A stretch of 64,000 nt of DNA from Octopus vulgaris (GCA_951406725.2 OX597817.1:128836001-128900000), one strand, 5' to 3'. Numbered from the stretch's first letter, positions 1 to 13,846 are shown. Notes: generated by a model not told the origin, from the letters alone. Program-made: numbers and translations.

Positions 1-358
1 CAGGTTGTACCCTCACCCTGACCACAGCTTTCAACCGATTCTGATGAAACTTGACACACACATAGCCCAATGTCATAATTCAAAACTAACGCAGTGAAAA
101 TTTTGAAAAGTTCCCCCAGTTCTGAAAAAAAATCGATAAATTCGACATGGGGTCAAGAATCTAAGCTTTTTATATGCAACACATTTTCTGTCGGGAGACA
201 GCTAGGAACATCGTATACATAGAAGTATTCGAGTGAAGAGAAGACATTGCAACCTACACATGCGCCTTCGTTCCCTAGAGGGAAAGAACTAGATTGGGAT
301 TAGTCGTTGCCTACTAGGGGCTCTTACATACCCGGGCAATGCCGGGCTATGCTGCTAG
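1..358 (+). mobile_element. Helitron-like element, 3' end
   Basis: GC-rich hairpin CCCGGGCAATGCCGGG (331-346) followed 8 nt later by CTAG|T (355-359), the canonical Helitron 3' terminus. Confidence 0.6.
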
Positions 359-370
359 TATTACTATAAA

Positions 371-567
371 TTTCAAATTTAGGCATAAGGCCAGCAATTT
401 CATGGAGGAGGCAGATCGATTATATCGACCCCAGTGCTCAACTGATACTTATTTTATCGACCCCGAAAGGATGTAAGGCAAACTTGATCTCAGTGAAATT
501 TGAACTTAGAACATAAAAATGCTAAGCTTTTGGCCCGCCGTGGTAACGATTCTGCTAGCTCGCCACC
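371..567 (-). mobile_element. tRNA-derived SINE family A, diverged copy
   Basis: Reverse complement of the family A head and CCTTTCGGGGTCGATAAAATAAGTA core seen in many copies in this window. Confidence 0.85.
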
Positions 568-600
568 TCGAGCGGGTTTATTTATATTTCCTTGTGTTAA

Positions 601-813
601 GGCAGCGAGCGGGCAGAATTGTTAGTACACCTGGAAAAATGCTTAGCAAACTTTCGTCTGTCTTCCCATTCTGAGTTCGAATTCCGCCGTGGTTGACTTT
701 GCCTTTCATCATTTCGGGATCGATAAAATAAATACCTGTTGAGCACTATAGTCGATGTAAGAGACTTACTCTTCCCATCAAAATTGCTGGCCTTGTACAA
801 ACATTTGAAACCA
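601..813 (+). mobile_element. tRNA-derived SINE family A with 15-bp TSD
   Basis: A-box-like GGCAGAATTGTTAG, B-box-like GAGTTCGAATTCC, core GCCTTTCATC..TCGATAAAATAA; TSD ATATTTCCTTGTGTT at 584-598 and 814-828. Confidence 0.9.
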
Positions 814-1541
814 ATATTTCCTTGTGTTGGTTAACAGATGACATTCTTATATCAAGAAAGACAAAAAAAAAAAAAACGAGGAATCGAAACAATGAAAGAT
901 ATAAAGAAATTAAATGAAAGGTATGAAAGAAATATGAGAGACACGGAGAATAAATGAGAGTTGACAGAAAGAATGAGATGAAAAATAGATAGAAAAGAGA
1001 AATAATAAAAAAAAAGACAATGAAAAAAAGAAGTGACAAAGAGAGAAGAAAGGTTTGAAAAAGTGAAAGAAAGACAGGCAAGAAAGAAAGAAAAGAAAAT
1101 CACAGAAGCAAACGAAATGCGTAGAACAAAAGAATAGGAAAACATCAAAGACTACAACGGTATAAGTGTTGAAAGATTCAAATTTATGTTGATCACAAAG
1201 TGATTATGATATCACACGGGTAAGAAAGATGATAGCGAAGATAAGACAGTGACGAATTTGTGGAGAGCAGGTACGATATAGAAGAATTATTTTCAAATTA
1301 TGGTGTGTATATGTATACATTATATACGTTTGTGTTTCTCTCTCCTTCTCTTTCTCTCCACCTCTCTCCCGTCTGTCTGTCTGTCTCTCTCTGTCTCTCT
1401 GTCTCTCTCTCTCTCTCCCTCTTCCTATATCGTTTAAGGATGATGTATGCATGTTTAGATTGGGTGGTTACACTACTTAGCTTCGGTAGGCCACATGAAT
1501 GTGACAAATTCATGCACACTCACACACGCAGAATGTGTTTG

Positions 1542-1579
<38 letters not shown>

Positions 1580-1639
1580 AAAGAGAAGGGGGAAACCGCT
1601 TATTATATTAAAATTAGTGTCAAGATATAGTAATATATT

Positions 1640-1848
1640 TTCTACTCTAGGCACAAGGCCCGAAATTTGGGGGGAGAAGGCCAGTCGATTAGATCGACCC
1701 CAGTGCGTAACTGGTACTTAATTTATCGAACCCGAAAGGATGAAAAGCCAAGTCGACCTCGCCGGAATTTGAACTCAGAACGTAAAAACAGACGAAATAC
1801 TGCTAAGCGTTTCGTCCGACGTGCTAACTTCTGCCAGCTCGCCGCCTC
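1640..1848 (-). mobile_element. SINE family A
   Basis: Full head, core and tail on the minus strand. Confidence 0.9.
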
Positions 1849-2292
1849 TTAAAAAGAAACGTAGAAATAATCTTCTCTACTCTAAGCACAAGGCCCGAAG
1901 GTCCTTTTTATTCACACTATGTTGAGCCTTACACACACATACACACACATACACACACACACGCGCACACATACACACACGCACGCACACACATACGTAC
2001 ATACACATATAAATGTGACTATAAATGTAATTTGAAACCAAGTCTTGTTTCTCTGGATCCCATGTCTTCTTGTTGGACATTGAATTTTAGGATTTTAGGT
2101 ATGAGCTCTTATTCTCAGTATTTAAAATGAGCATTCTTCACATATTATTATATGCGTGTCTGTATGTGCGTGTGCACATGTGTGAATATGTGTGCGTGTT
2201 TTTGTGTGTGTGCTATTTGTCTTGTGAAAGTATTTAGCGATTGCAGCAGTTAACAGAGATGCTCTCTCCCTTCCGCTCTCCCTCTCTTTCTT

Positions 2293-2339
<47 letters not shown>

Positions 2340-3179
2340 CAATAATAAAATTTTGCACAGAAAATCGACAAGGAGCACATGCAAAATATATACAAAAGAT
2401 GTGGACGCGCCCATCCCACAATAGTTATCAACCAAACGTCATTGCAAATTCGTGCCATGTATGTAATGTATAATATGCTTTAAATGCACGGCACATGACT
2501 ATAAGAATTAACGCTCAGTCTCTAGGCAATATCAAACTTCTATATTCCGATATTGCATGTGCACTTCTGAAGTCATTAAAATGTATATTTTAGATTTTCG
2601 TTATTATGTAGGAAAAAGACATCATAAAATGGCAGAAAACAAAATATTTATTTTAAAAGTCGTTATTTGCACTCTGTAGAGCGAGATCTGAAGCGGTGAT
2701 TTGTATATATCTCTTCTTAATACATCCGGCAGATTCGAACGCAACATATGCTTGTCGCTGTGGTGTATTTAAAAAGAGGACAACTTCTCCCCATTACAAC
2801 AACATTGTGTTCATATCACACTCACCTTATTGGTACAAGAGTATTCTGGATCACCGGTGTTTCGACATGTTTCTTATTAAATTATTTATATTTCGAGTCT
2901 TTTGATTACGTTTGTTTGAATAATTTTATAAACGTAAAATTACATGGAAACGAACGTAATGAAGGAATCGAAATATTAATAACTTGTTTTCTGTTATTAG
3001 TTCATATTGATATGCTTGTGTGTGTGTATGTGAGTGTGTGTGTGTGCTTGCGTGTAATTTGATAGGCGAGTTCAAATAAATCTTTTGTCCCTCGATTCAC
3101 CGATGTACTCTTCTTTATGTACATATTTTAATTTCTTCTGCTTGTATAAGCAATCCTATGTGTGTGTTTATGCCGTCCT

Positions 3180-3210
<31 letters not shown>

Positions 3211-3628
3211 TTAATCTAGAGGGTGTTGCTTAATATTTCATGTTACAGAGACGTAAGAAACAAAAGATTTTGGGTGTACTATGATATCGACAAATTTCTT
3301 CACACTCCCACATCAGAATTCCATTCTGACATATTATGGCATGTAAACGCCCGAAATGATACGAGACTTTTAAAAGGTGCTTCTTTTTATTGTCCAAGAT
3401 CATTTAACTGGAAAAGTGAAACAAAACGCGTAGAGCAGATTTCACCAAAACAGTGATTCGCGTATTAATGAACATAATGATCATAAAAAAAAAACAATCA
3501 TTTAAATTAGTCCTCAAATGATAAACAGAAAACAATATGATATCAAAACAATATTAAACAGAAAAAAAAATTAATCTCCAACTGAATATTTTAGCAATGG
3601 CAGTCAAAGGAAACTAATGACAAATATT

Positions 3629-4245
3629 TTTTTCTACTCTAGCCTAACCCTAACTCTAGGCACAAGGACCGAGATTTGGGCTGAGGAGGCCAGTCGATTA
3701 GATATACCCCAGTACGCAACTGGTACTTAATTTATCGACCCCAAAAAGGATGAAAAGCAAAGTCAACCTCGACGGAATTTGATATCCGAACGTAAAGACA
3801 GACGAAATACCTATTTCTTTACTACCCACAAGGACAAACAAGGACAGACACAAACGAATTAAGTCGGTTATATCGACCCCAGTGCGTAACTGGTACTTAT
3901 TTAATCGACCCCGAAAAGATGAAAGGCAAAGTCGACCTCGGCGGAATTTGAACTCAGAACGTAGCGGCAGACGAAATACCGCTACGCATTTCGCCCGACG
4001 TGCTAACGTTTCTTATTTCTTTACTACCTACAAGCAGCTAAACACAGAGGGGACAGCCAAGGACAGACAAATAGATTAAGTCGATTATATCGGCCCCAAT
4101 GCGTAACTGGTATTTATTTGATCGACCCCGAAAGGATGAAAGGCAAAATCGATCTCGGCGGAATTTGAACTCAGAACGCAGCGGCAGACGAAATACCGCA
4201 TTTCGCCCGGCGTGCTAACGCTTCTGCCAGCGCGCCGCCTTTAAA
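3629..4245 (-). mobile_element. SINE family A trimeric composite
   Basis: Three core modules in tandem; flanking direct repeat GACAAATATT at 3619-3628 and 4246-4255. Confidence 0.85.
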
Positions 4246-4641
4246 GACAAATATTCGATGCAGTATTTCAAATCAGGAAAAGCGTTGTGATGTTCACCTT
4301 CAATAAAGTCGTAATTTCACAAAATTTTAAATAGCTTCTCCGGGTTTCGATCTGTTTGATCTCCTCTCAGCATTATCTCTTTCCATACATGTATAAACAT
4401 AGCACTAGGACTGATTCGAGTACAAAATATGTATTTCAGAAATATAGTTTTTGAAACGTTGCCCCCCCTCAAAAAAAGCTCTGCTGATAATAATAATAAT
4501 GACGGTAGTGATAATGATGAGGATAACGAAGACGAAGAACATAAATATGATAATAATGACGATGACTACCACGACAACAACGATGATGACGACACGAAAA
4601 CGTATTAAGGTAATGATATCAAACCGACAGCAGCGTTTGCT

Positions 4642-4739
4642 ATGATGATGATGATGATGATAATGATGATGATGATAATGACGACGACAACGATGATAAT
4701 GAGGATGATGATAATGATGATTATGATGACGACGACGGC

Positions 4740-4809
<70 letters not shown>

Positions 4810-4939
4810 ATGATGACGACGACGGCGACGACGACAACGACGACGATGATGATGATGGTGATGATGATGATGATGATAATGATGATGATGACGACGGCGG
4901 CGACGGCGACGACGATGACGACGACGACGACGACGATGA

Positions 4940-4973
<34 letters not shown>

Positions 4974-4988
4974 GGTGACGACGACGAT
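4642..4988. repeat. (ATG/ACG/GTG)n compound trinucleotide microsatellite
   Basis: Read directly; explains the poly-His/Arg and poly-Met/Thr ORFs. Confidence 0.95.
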
Positions 4989-5285
4989 GTTGCCAGTGAA
5001 AACGATCAACAACGAAAGCGAAGGCAGTGACAGCTTCGTCTTCGATTACAACAAGAATAACAATGGCAAGCTTCAAGCTGCTGTTAATACGGTTTCACGC
5101 TTTTGCCGTATCGGACTGAAAGGTATTGTGAAGGTATTACATTATACAAACCTATCAAGTTTTTAAAGCATCTCTCGTGATATGTACGTATATACGTATA
5201 TACCTATGTATATACGTACTTACGTGTGTAACGATTTGTATTTTCTGCGTATGTATGTATATGTGTATATATTTATATATGTTTA

Positions 5286-5409
<124 letters not shown>

Positions 5410-5749
5410 CTGGGTATGTGCGTGTGAGAGAGCGAGAGAGAGAGAGTGAGAAAGTGAGAAAGAAGAGAGAGAGAGAGAGGGAGAGAGGAACAAAGAGAAA
5501 CAGAGTGAGGGAAAAAGAGAGAAGAGAGGGAAAAAGAGGGAAGAGAGGGAAAAGAGGGTTTGGCATTTATAAACGCGGGTGGACGTCTGTCAGTAAGCTT
5601 GTACATTTGATGATATGCATGCTTGTGTGTTTGTTTGAAAACATGTGTATGTGTATGGGGGGCATACACATAATGTATGTGTGTCGCAGATAAGGGGACA
5701 AAGACAGAGAAAAAAAGAGCGAAAATATCAGTCGTAATTTTCTTATTCC

Positions 5750-6450
5750 AGGTACGTTCCAAGACAGCTGCTCACTAATGCTAACGAGTATGATGTACAT
5801 GGAAAGGTCTCCGAGAGCCTGAAGACATCTTGGGACATAAATAGCTTTTCGTCTCAGAACATTACTTTTACCACTACACACGTTGAGCTCCACCGACCTT
5901 TTATGTGGGTCCTCTATACAATAGTTTTTTCACTTAAGATTTTTTCAACAGCTTTTTTCACTTTTTTCACCAAATAGCGAAAAGCTGTCTGACATTTTAC
6001 ATTGAAAGAGAGCGCAGCACGTGACATGGATCTGGCTGCAATAATCTGGAGTATGCCTGTCCAGACTGACAAAGATATAAAAAATACTGTCCAGATATAA
6101 TTATTAATAGTAGGAAAAATTATCGTCACTATGATAGAGAACCATATTAATAATTTTAAAAGGAAAGAAATCCTCAACGAAGGTTTTTTGGAGGAAAATT
6201 TTCACAAATCTGTTCTGATCAAGAGACCTATCTGTCGGGGAAGGCATGTTCTGGCATGTTTATGTAAGACATTCTATTCTAAAACTTTTCCGGCAACGAC
6301 AAGCTATTCAGCTAGTAAATAAATAAAATAGAAATTGTTTTTTGCGTGAAGCTACAAATGTATTCAGTTGTGTGTTAAATATTACATCATAAATCACTTT
6401 ATCAGAGATTTAAAGACATACTCTGAATTTTTTTATAGCAGAAAATTTGG
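5750..6450 (-). pseudogene. Possible piggyBac-like transposase relic
   Basis: Frameshifted minus-strand fragments resembling the Cys-rich C-terminus (VCSGKSNVLRRK / SYLCPK / RC) and an SLD-type motif upstream; no termini found. Confidence 0.25.
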
Positions 6451-6623
6451 TTAAAAATACAACATCGTTGATTTTAATATCGTTTATTTGATTGACGACC
6501 CTACGTTTCCTGTGGGGTAGTTACTAATTCATGTCCTGGTTTCTTTGAAATGAAATATAAAAAGAAAAACACGAAACATTCGTTCCCCGCAACGATGTTC
6601 ACATCCTTGGCGAGACAATCCAG

Positions 6624-6666
<43 letters not shown>

Positions 6667-7389
6667 ACGGAAACCGCTTTCCACTGAGAGCTTACAAGCC
6701 ATACTGTTAGACTGTTTTCTTTAGTCATTGCACGGTGATCACTCATAAACTTTAGGAGCCTACATAATAATATTGTGTGTATGCATGTATATATATATAA
6801 AGATGTGTGTATGTGTGTGAGTGTGAAGAGAAAGAGGGGGAGAGAGGGGGAGTGAGAGTTAGAGAGCCAGACAGATCGACAGACAGAGACTGTATTAACA
6901 CCAAAAGGTAAAATATTCACCACTTGTAAAAAGATGTCAATTTAGAACATGCAAATACTGCGATATTTACCAAGCGAAAAAACTGATATGGTTTATATGG
7001 TGCGTAAAAGCACAGCGTAGCTATAGCCAGTAGACAATCACCGATGCTTCCACCACTCGGATAGAAGCAATGATTGTCTGGTGCTAATCACGCGATTTCG
7101 GCCTAATTTGAACTAGTCAATGATGGACACCGATATTTAGGTCCATAATAATTCATTTTTCGAGGTGAAGGAAAGGTAGGGGTAGTCTAAAATTTCTGCC
7201 ATCGTATATGATTTACACGAATTCAATGACAATTTATGCAAAGATACATGTAAATGGCGGTAAGAAGCAGCAATACACAAGTATGCAAATACGTGTGACG
7301 TGATGCGTGTGTTTGGTGGTATGTATCAGCAACATACGCAGGAATACTCGTAGATTCAGATTTGTAAATGGTCCTATATATCATATAGT

Positions 7390-8290
7390 ATGTGTACACG
7401 TTTTTCTTTTTAGGAATGTATGTTAATGTTGGTGGTGGTGTGGCCGTTTCATTTTCCCCATTTTGTACCTAACAAGACAGGAAGTCTATTTTTGGAGTGC
7501 ACAGTTAGGTAGTTTGTTGTTATTTTGTTGCTTTGGAAGTAGGAGTTAGCTATACGCTGGTTGCTTTCCAAGTTACTCTTTTCAAGTACGTTACAAAATT
7601 GCCTGATTAGTTTTATGTTGTCTACATACCTACTGAATAATATGACCGTTATAAATTTTTCTTCAAAACATTGCCAAATTTTTCTATCCCATCAGGTCAC
7701 AAAAAGGTCGGCTACGCCTCCAGTGATATTGGTACCGATGGTTGCTCCTCTTTCTTGCACATACAGCTTATTGAATTCGAATACATGGCCCTTGACTGGT
7801 TCTATTTTCAATGAGAGGAAGTTAGATAGATTAGAGTTGCTGGCTATATTAGCTCCGCAAACTGACCGGGTTGGGAATCCAGCAACTAGATCTGGAATAG
7901 GCTTATGGTCCTTTTAGTATTCCATACATCTTTCTTGGTGGCTTAAAAATTATATGTGCTGCACTTTCTTGGTTGAAGTACGTTACACTATATTTCCATG
8001 TGTGCTTTGAGATGCTTTCCTAGTTTATCATATCCCTGTGGTGTAACTTCTCTAGTTCTGTTGACTAATCAAGCTTTCTACCGACTTCCTGCTAGATTTC
8101 TCTGTGAGATGGCATACTCTTTTATGGTTCATAGCAGGCTGCTTTATTTTTCGAAGTCCGTTTGCAATCTCCGTGTCAAATTGGTGGGCATCTATCTCCT
8201 TATATATTTGAGTAGTCATATCGGTCTAGGCTACGTTTAAGCTTCGATCTAACAAGTGAAAATTTATCGTCTGCAGATGACGGGATGCAG
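7390..8290 (-). pseudogene. Penelope-like element reverse transcriptase relic
   Basis: Minus-strand NLT..GLRK..TEKSSR, KDHKP..GFPTRSVCGAN..SNLSNFL, then GHVFEFNKLYVQERGATIGTNITGGVADLFVT*WDRK..LFSRYVDNI (YVDD-like motif); has stops and an internal deletion. Confidence 0.75.
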
Positions 8291-8368
8291 ACACTAAAGA
8301 AGAGGCTTGAAGGGTATATACGTTTCACGTCGTATGACTTTTACAGGGAGTCAAAACTGTTGTTGTTG

Positions 8369-8430
<62 letters not shown>

Positions 8431-9126
8431 TTCATTATTATCTTCCTTCAATTCTGTTTTTATTTCTTGCAGAGTGTCTTCCTGACACCTAGGGCAGAGA
8501 AACGCGCTGTATACATTGGTAGGCCATTAAAATAAGCACACCAGGTTGTTCATTTACAAAGTCATGTGCTAGAGAAAAAAAGGGGAAGAAAGACAGAGAG
8601 AAAAAAGGAAAAAAAAAATAAAATAAAATGTAAACACAGAAAATAAAGAGGGAAAGAGGTAAGAAAATTCACAGGAATAACGCTCTTCTCAGTACATGTG
8701 ACGTACCAGTTAAGACAATCTTTTTCACTTTCTGCGTAGATGGTAAGCTAGGGATCATTCTTAAATAATTTTCAGTTCCTTTTTTGATCATTCCAAGTGC
8801 TCCTACAATCACTGGTATTGTAACCGTCTTGAGATGCCACAACTTTTCAATTTCGATCAAAAATCATTATATTTTCTGAGCTAATCAAATTCTTTTGCCG
8901 AGATATTATGGTCACAGAGTATGCTCATGTCAATCAATAAACATACTTTATTGTTTTCGTCTTTCACAACAATATCTAGTTTATTTACCTTGATGGTCCG
9001 GTCTGTACATGCTGGAAAGTCCAAAAGAATCGTTCCATTTTCTCCCTCAGTTACAGCCTCATGGTGGTGCTTGTACCATTTATCAGCAGTTATGATTTTA
9101 TAATACTGACGCATTATCCAATGTAG
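8431..9126 (-). mobile_element. Dong/R4-like non-LTR retrotransposon, 5'-truncated 3' end (copy 1)
   Basis: Restriction-like endonuclease C-terminus NKLDIVVKD..CLLIDMSI..DHNISAKE..KLWHLKTVTIPVIVGALG..LRRAL plus 3' UTR; both sides abut (TAA)n. Confidence 0.85.
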
Positions 9127-9137
9127 ATTATTATAGC

Positions 9138-9248
<111 letters not shown>

Positions 9249-9790
9249 GGGTTTTTCTTCTTCTTTCAAATTTGCTTCCATTTCTTGCCGAGTGTCTTCC
9301 CGACTCCTAGGGCAAAGAAACTCATAGTATACATTGGTAGGCCATTAAACTAAACTCACTAGTTCGTTCATTTTTTTTTTAGATAGAAATAAAGTTAAAT
9401 TAAAATACATGGGTAGTAATAGTTCTCACATCGACAATGCTCTTCTCAATACGTGTGATGTACCAGTTAAGACAATCTTTTGCACTTCTTGCAGGGATGG
9501 TAAGCCAGGGATCATTCTCATATAATTTTCGGTTCCCTTCTTGATCATTGCTAGTGCTCCTACGATCACTGGTATTGTAACCGCCTTGAGATGCCACATT
9601 TTCTCAATTTCAATGAGCAGGTCTTTATATTTTCTGAGCTTGTCAAATTCTTTCGCCGAGATATTATGATCACAGGGGATGCTCATGTCGATCCATAAGC
9701 AAACTTTATTGTTTTGGTCTTTCACAACAATATCCGGTTTATTGGCTTTGATGGTTCGGTCTGTATGTACTGGAAAGTCCCACAGAATCG
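9249..9790 (-). mobile_element. Dong/R4-like non-LTR retrotransposon, 5'-truncated 3' end (copy 2)
   Basis: NKPDIVVKDQNNKVCLWIDMSIPCDHNISAKEFDKLRKYKDL..IPVIVGAL..LRRALSM (PD..D..K pattern); same 3' UTR as copy 1; flanked by (TAA)n at 9139-9248 and 9795-9882. Confidence 0.88.
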
Positions 9791-9804
9791 TTATATTATT
9801 ATTA

Positions 9805-9886
<82 letters not shown>

Positions 9887-9887
9887 A

Positions 9888-10335
9888 GGCAGCGAGCTGG
9901 CAGGATCGTTATGGCTCCAGAGAAAATGTTTAGCAGCATTTCATCCGATTCTTTACCTTCAAATGCCTTCAAAGGTGGAATTTGCCTTTCATCTTTTCTG
10001 GGTCGATGAAATAAGCATCAGTTTAACATTGGGGACGATATAATTGCCTAGCATTTCCCCACAATTCCAGACCTTGTACCTGTAGTAGAAAGGCTTATTT
10101 TTATCACAACCGTTATTAAGTCGGGGAGCTGGCAGAATCGTTAGCACACCGGGCAAAATGCTTAGTGGCAATTCCTCCGACTTTATGTTCTGGGTTAAAA
10201 ATACACTGAGGCCCACTTTGCCTTTCATCCTTTCGGTATCGATAAAATAAGTACCAGTTGAACCTTTGGGTCGATGCAATCGGCTTACTCCTCCTCCAGA
10301 AATGCTGGCCTTGTGTCTAAATTTGAAACCATTAT
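9888..10335 (+). mobile_element. Two tandem diverged SINE family A copies
   Basis: Heads at about 9888 and 10122, each followed by core and tail. Confidence 0.8.
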
Positions 10336-10464
10336 TACAATCGTTATTCCTGCTATTATGACCGATATCACTACCGTTGCAGCCACTTTTCTCACCAACA
10401 CTCTCAACACCACCACTTGTTCGTTCATCATTATCATTACTATTACCACTATTATTATTGTATT

Positions 10465-10725
10465 AGAGAGCATGGCTTAGTGGCCAGGGTGTTGCACTCA
10501 CGATCGCGTGATCGTGCTTTCAATTCCCAGAGGCGTTGTGTTCTTTAGTAAAGCACTTTATCTCACATCGCTCTACGGTCACTTCGACACCTGACGCGTG
10601 GTACACGATCAGGCAATGTCGATTTGATGGAAAGAATGAGTTAATGTTCAACACATACATTTCATCTCTATAAACATATAATTTGTGCAGGTTGTTCGAT
10701 AGGAAATTGAAAAGCTGTTTTTCTC
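10465..10725 (+). mobile_element. tRNA-derived SINE (family E), diverged
   Basis: TGGCTTAGTGG A-box, degenerate B-box TTTCAATTCCC, then GTGTTCTTTAGTAAAGCACTTT as in family D. Confidence 0.6.
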
Positions 10726-10918
10726 AGACTAGCAGAGACTACCATAATACGTTATTATTCTTATTGTTGTTATTACAGTTTGTGATACCAATACTACCAA
10801 AATACAAGCTTGGGGTGGAATTTGAGTTAATGTCGGTATGAATGTAGCGGTTAACACTATGACTGGTGTACTTGTTCGTATTACTAGGGGGTGGTATATC
10901 GATGTAGTTGCTGTATGC

Positions 10919-10985
<67 letters not shown>

Positions 10986-11317
10986 TGTATATATAATACA
11001 AATCTTTGACTCTGCAACGCTGTATATAAATTCTCTACTGGGAATGACCAAGTTTAAAAATCTGCTCGATCTCACTCATAAGGGAATCTTACATTACTTA
11101 TAAACTCTATATTTGGAAGGACTCATTTTAAATACCGTTGGACTTTTGGAGTTTACTCATATGATATTGGAATATTGCATATATACCATTATGCCTATAA
11201 AATGGATTTACAACTTCAATACCCATACATATCTTGCATCTGTTTTCTTTCCTCCGCCTCACTCTCTATTTTGTATCACATGTAAACTAATTATGACTTT
11301 ACTATCCTCTCACACCA

Positions 11318-11367
11318 TCTCCGACGAAAGGATATTATTAATAAATATCCTAGAAACAGCTGTAAGA
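11318..11367 (+). ncRNA. Type I hammerhead ribozyme motif, U4C core
   Basis: TCT-CCGACGA-A-AGGATATT/AATATCCT-A-GAAAC-AGCT-GTA-AGA; helix I only 3 bp; palindromic ACAGCTGT. Confidence 0.65.
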
Positions 11368-11432
11368 CCTTCTATCTATAAATGCTCTAATATTTATATA
11401 GCCTTGGTTTTTATCTTATTACGCAAAAAATT

Positions 11433-11502
<70 letters not shown>

Positions 11503-12084
11503 CACCTGCATATGCATCTATATAATTAGTTTTGCTTTATTTCCAGTCCATCATCATAGCTTGATTTGTAAATGACAGTGTTAGTGGAATTGATTCAAAA
11601 CCCGAATTATGTAAATCGACGGTTTTCTAGCCTTTTGAATTCTGTTTCATACATAATTCATGTGGCAGAAAGATACGTCCCCCAAAAAGGATCAACTTAA
11701 AAACTACCGTAGTTTGATGCATAAATGAATATCTCCCATTGAGAGCACGATAAATTTCGAAAACTGATTCAAGATGTTCATAATTTTCTTCAACCTACAG
11801 AGAAATAGTTAAATTTGTAAGTCTACTACATAGGATGCGTATACTATATCATACAATAATATAATATATTCATAAAATAACGATTAAAATACTACTTAAC
11901 AGATAAAATCTTAGATAAATAACATCAAACTGTTTGCTTTTTGACAGAATTTAATATCATGTAGAACATATTAGAAATAGACAAAAACGAAAAGAAATGG
12001 TGGGATATCTTCACAGCTGAGTTGTGTCCCATATTGTTGAATAGTAAGGCTTATTTTCAGAAATACATATATTCATTCAAGCCT

Positions 12085-12215
12085 TCGTATATTTCCATCT
12101 ACCAAAATCCGGCCCCAAGTTAGACAACCCGAAGCTATAGCAGAAGGCTCTTGCTCAAGGTAGCGTGCAGTTGGATCGAACAGATATGCCACGAAACAAA
12201 CCACACAACTATGGC
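12085..12215 (-). mobile_element. SINE family B head fragment
   Basis: Diverged match to TTTCCGTCTACCAAATCC..GCTATAGTAGAAGACACTTGCCCAAGG. Confidence 0.6.
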
Positions 12216-12633
12216 TGTGCATTGCGCTGCATAAATATATATTTCTAATTTATATCCAGAATGTATTATAAAATAATTTACCCACCGCTTATAGCGTGTA
12301 GTAGACCTGAATAATTTAATTTCTTGGTGAATGTTTCAACGATTCATGCATTAAATATATTAACATTCATTTAACTAGCGCGTATTATTTATTTATTTTT
12401 GTTCACGCTGTTAGCATATATGTTTTATGTAAATTCTAGCTATAGATATGCTAACATAAATCAACCCACGCACGTATTGCTTAAACGGCCTAATATCCTG
12501 TAGTGTGCTTGAAGAGTCTAAGCGCGCGTGTGTGTGAGTGACGGATGTATACATGCACTCATACACACACATACATATATACATGTATAGCATACATACA
12601 CATAGAGTGTATATATATATATATATATACATA

Positions 12634-13846
12634 CAGGGTTGGACAAAATAATGTAAACGCCTTGTTAAATAGATGTTTTATTATTTTTAGTATTTAATAC
12701 GGAGTCGGCCCTTCTTTGGAAATAATCGCAGATTTAATATTTCGAGGAATTGATTCGTACAGGTTATGAACGGTTGTTAGGGGAATTAGGAGCCATTCTT
12801 CAAATAACGCTTCCGTTAGCCCTTTCGGTGATAGTGAAGCAAAAGGAAGCCATTCCTGACGATAGCGAAAGGAAGCGGTTCCTGACTTGCTGACCAAAAT
12901 ACACAATAAAAACTCGATTGTATTGAAATCCAGTGATTAAGGTGGCAAGTCCAAGTGATCTACTTCCCTTTTGTGCACTTCGTACCAATTTTGAATAATA
13001 TTAGCCGTGTGCATTATAGTTCTAGGATATTACCTTACCATCAGGGAATACTCAGGTTACTTGGCGTTAACTTTACAAAGGGCAACCACTAAAAGCCTAG
13101 AAAATTCTGTGTTATGGCTTCCCGAATGATCACAGAGCCACCCCCTTACTTCAAACTAGGGGTCAAAGTGTGAAAGTGGAAGGATTCTTTGGGCTGTCTC
13201 CAGACGTAAACTCGCTCCGAGGTGGGAAAAGATTTGAATGGAGATTTATCAAAGAAGATGATATTGTTCCATTGAGCTATTAACCACTCTCTGTTTACGA
13301 ATGTTGATGAGGGATAAGTGAAGTTTAGCAATTGCAGCCCTCTCAATGTATCCGTTTTATGGAGATCACGACGAACAGTTTTGTTTGATGGAGGGTTGGC
13401 AAAGTAGTGGTTTTGTCAAATTTATTATCATAGTACGATGGTTTTTAAAGACAGTACGCTTCACTATTCTGCGGTGTCTCTTCGTAGATTTCCTATTCCG
13501 TCCACAATTATGCTTGCCAGATCTGGTTTTTTTCCTTGGTTTTGGATTGACAGCGTGGTTTTACTCATTGTGCTTCTCAAAACACTCAGTTCAGCAGTTT
13601 TATCAACTTTAACACCATTCATCCATGCTCAAACAAATTTCCCTCTTTGCAAAACAGGCAGGGCGCGCAATTTAACTTATGTAAGTATATATATCTGTAG
13701 AAACAAATAAATACAAGGCTATATCATGAAGTAAAAGACACACAGAGTGCATACTAACACATATATACAGAAAAGAATAGTTTTGAACTTGTCACGTAGT
13801 CAATAGAAAAATAAATAGGTATTTCCATTATTTTGTTTAACACCTG
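12634..13846 (-). mobile_element. Tc1-like DNA transposon, decayed full-length copy
   Basis: About 28-bp imperfect TIRs CAGGGTTGGACAAAATAATG / CATTATTTTGTTTAACACCTG, TA on both sides; transposase fragments WNNIIFFDKSPF..RVYVWRQPKE and NLYESIPRNIKSAIISKEGPTPY. Confidence 0.9.

Noticed and set aside
3642-3654. Telomere-like CCTAACCCTAAC
   Set aside because: Only two units inside a SINE tail; could be chance
4333-4372. Hammerhead-like CTGAGAGGA-GATC/GATC-GAAACCCGG on the minus strand
   Set aside because: Core insertion, no cleavage triplet and no convincing helix I; may be a relic but cannot be supported
4405-5166. 223-aa poly-His/Arg and 174-aa poly-Met/Thr ORFs
   Set aside because: Produced by trinucleotide microsatellites that lack stops in several frames; only the unique 3' part is kept as a speculative exon
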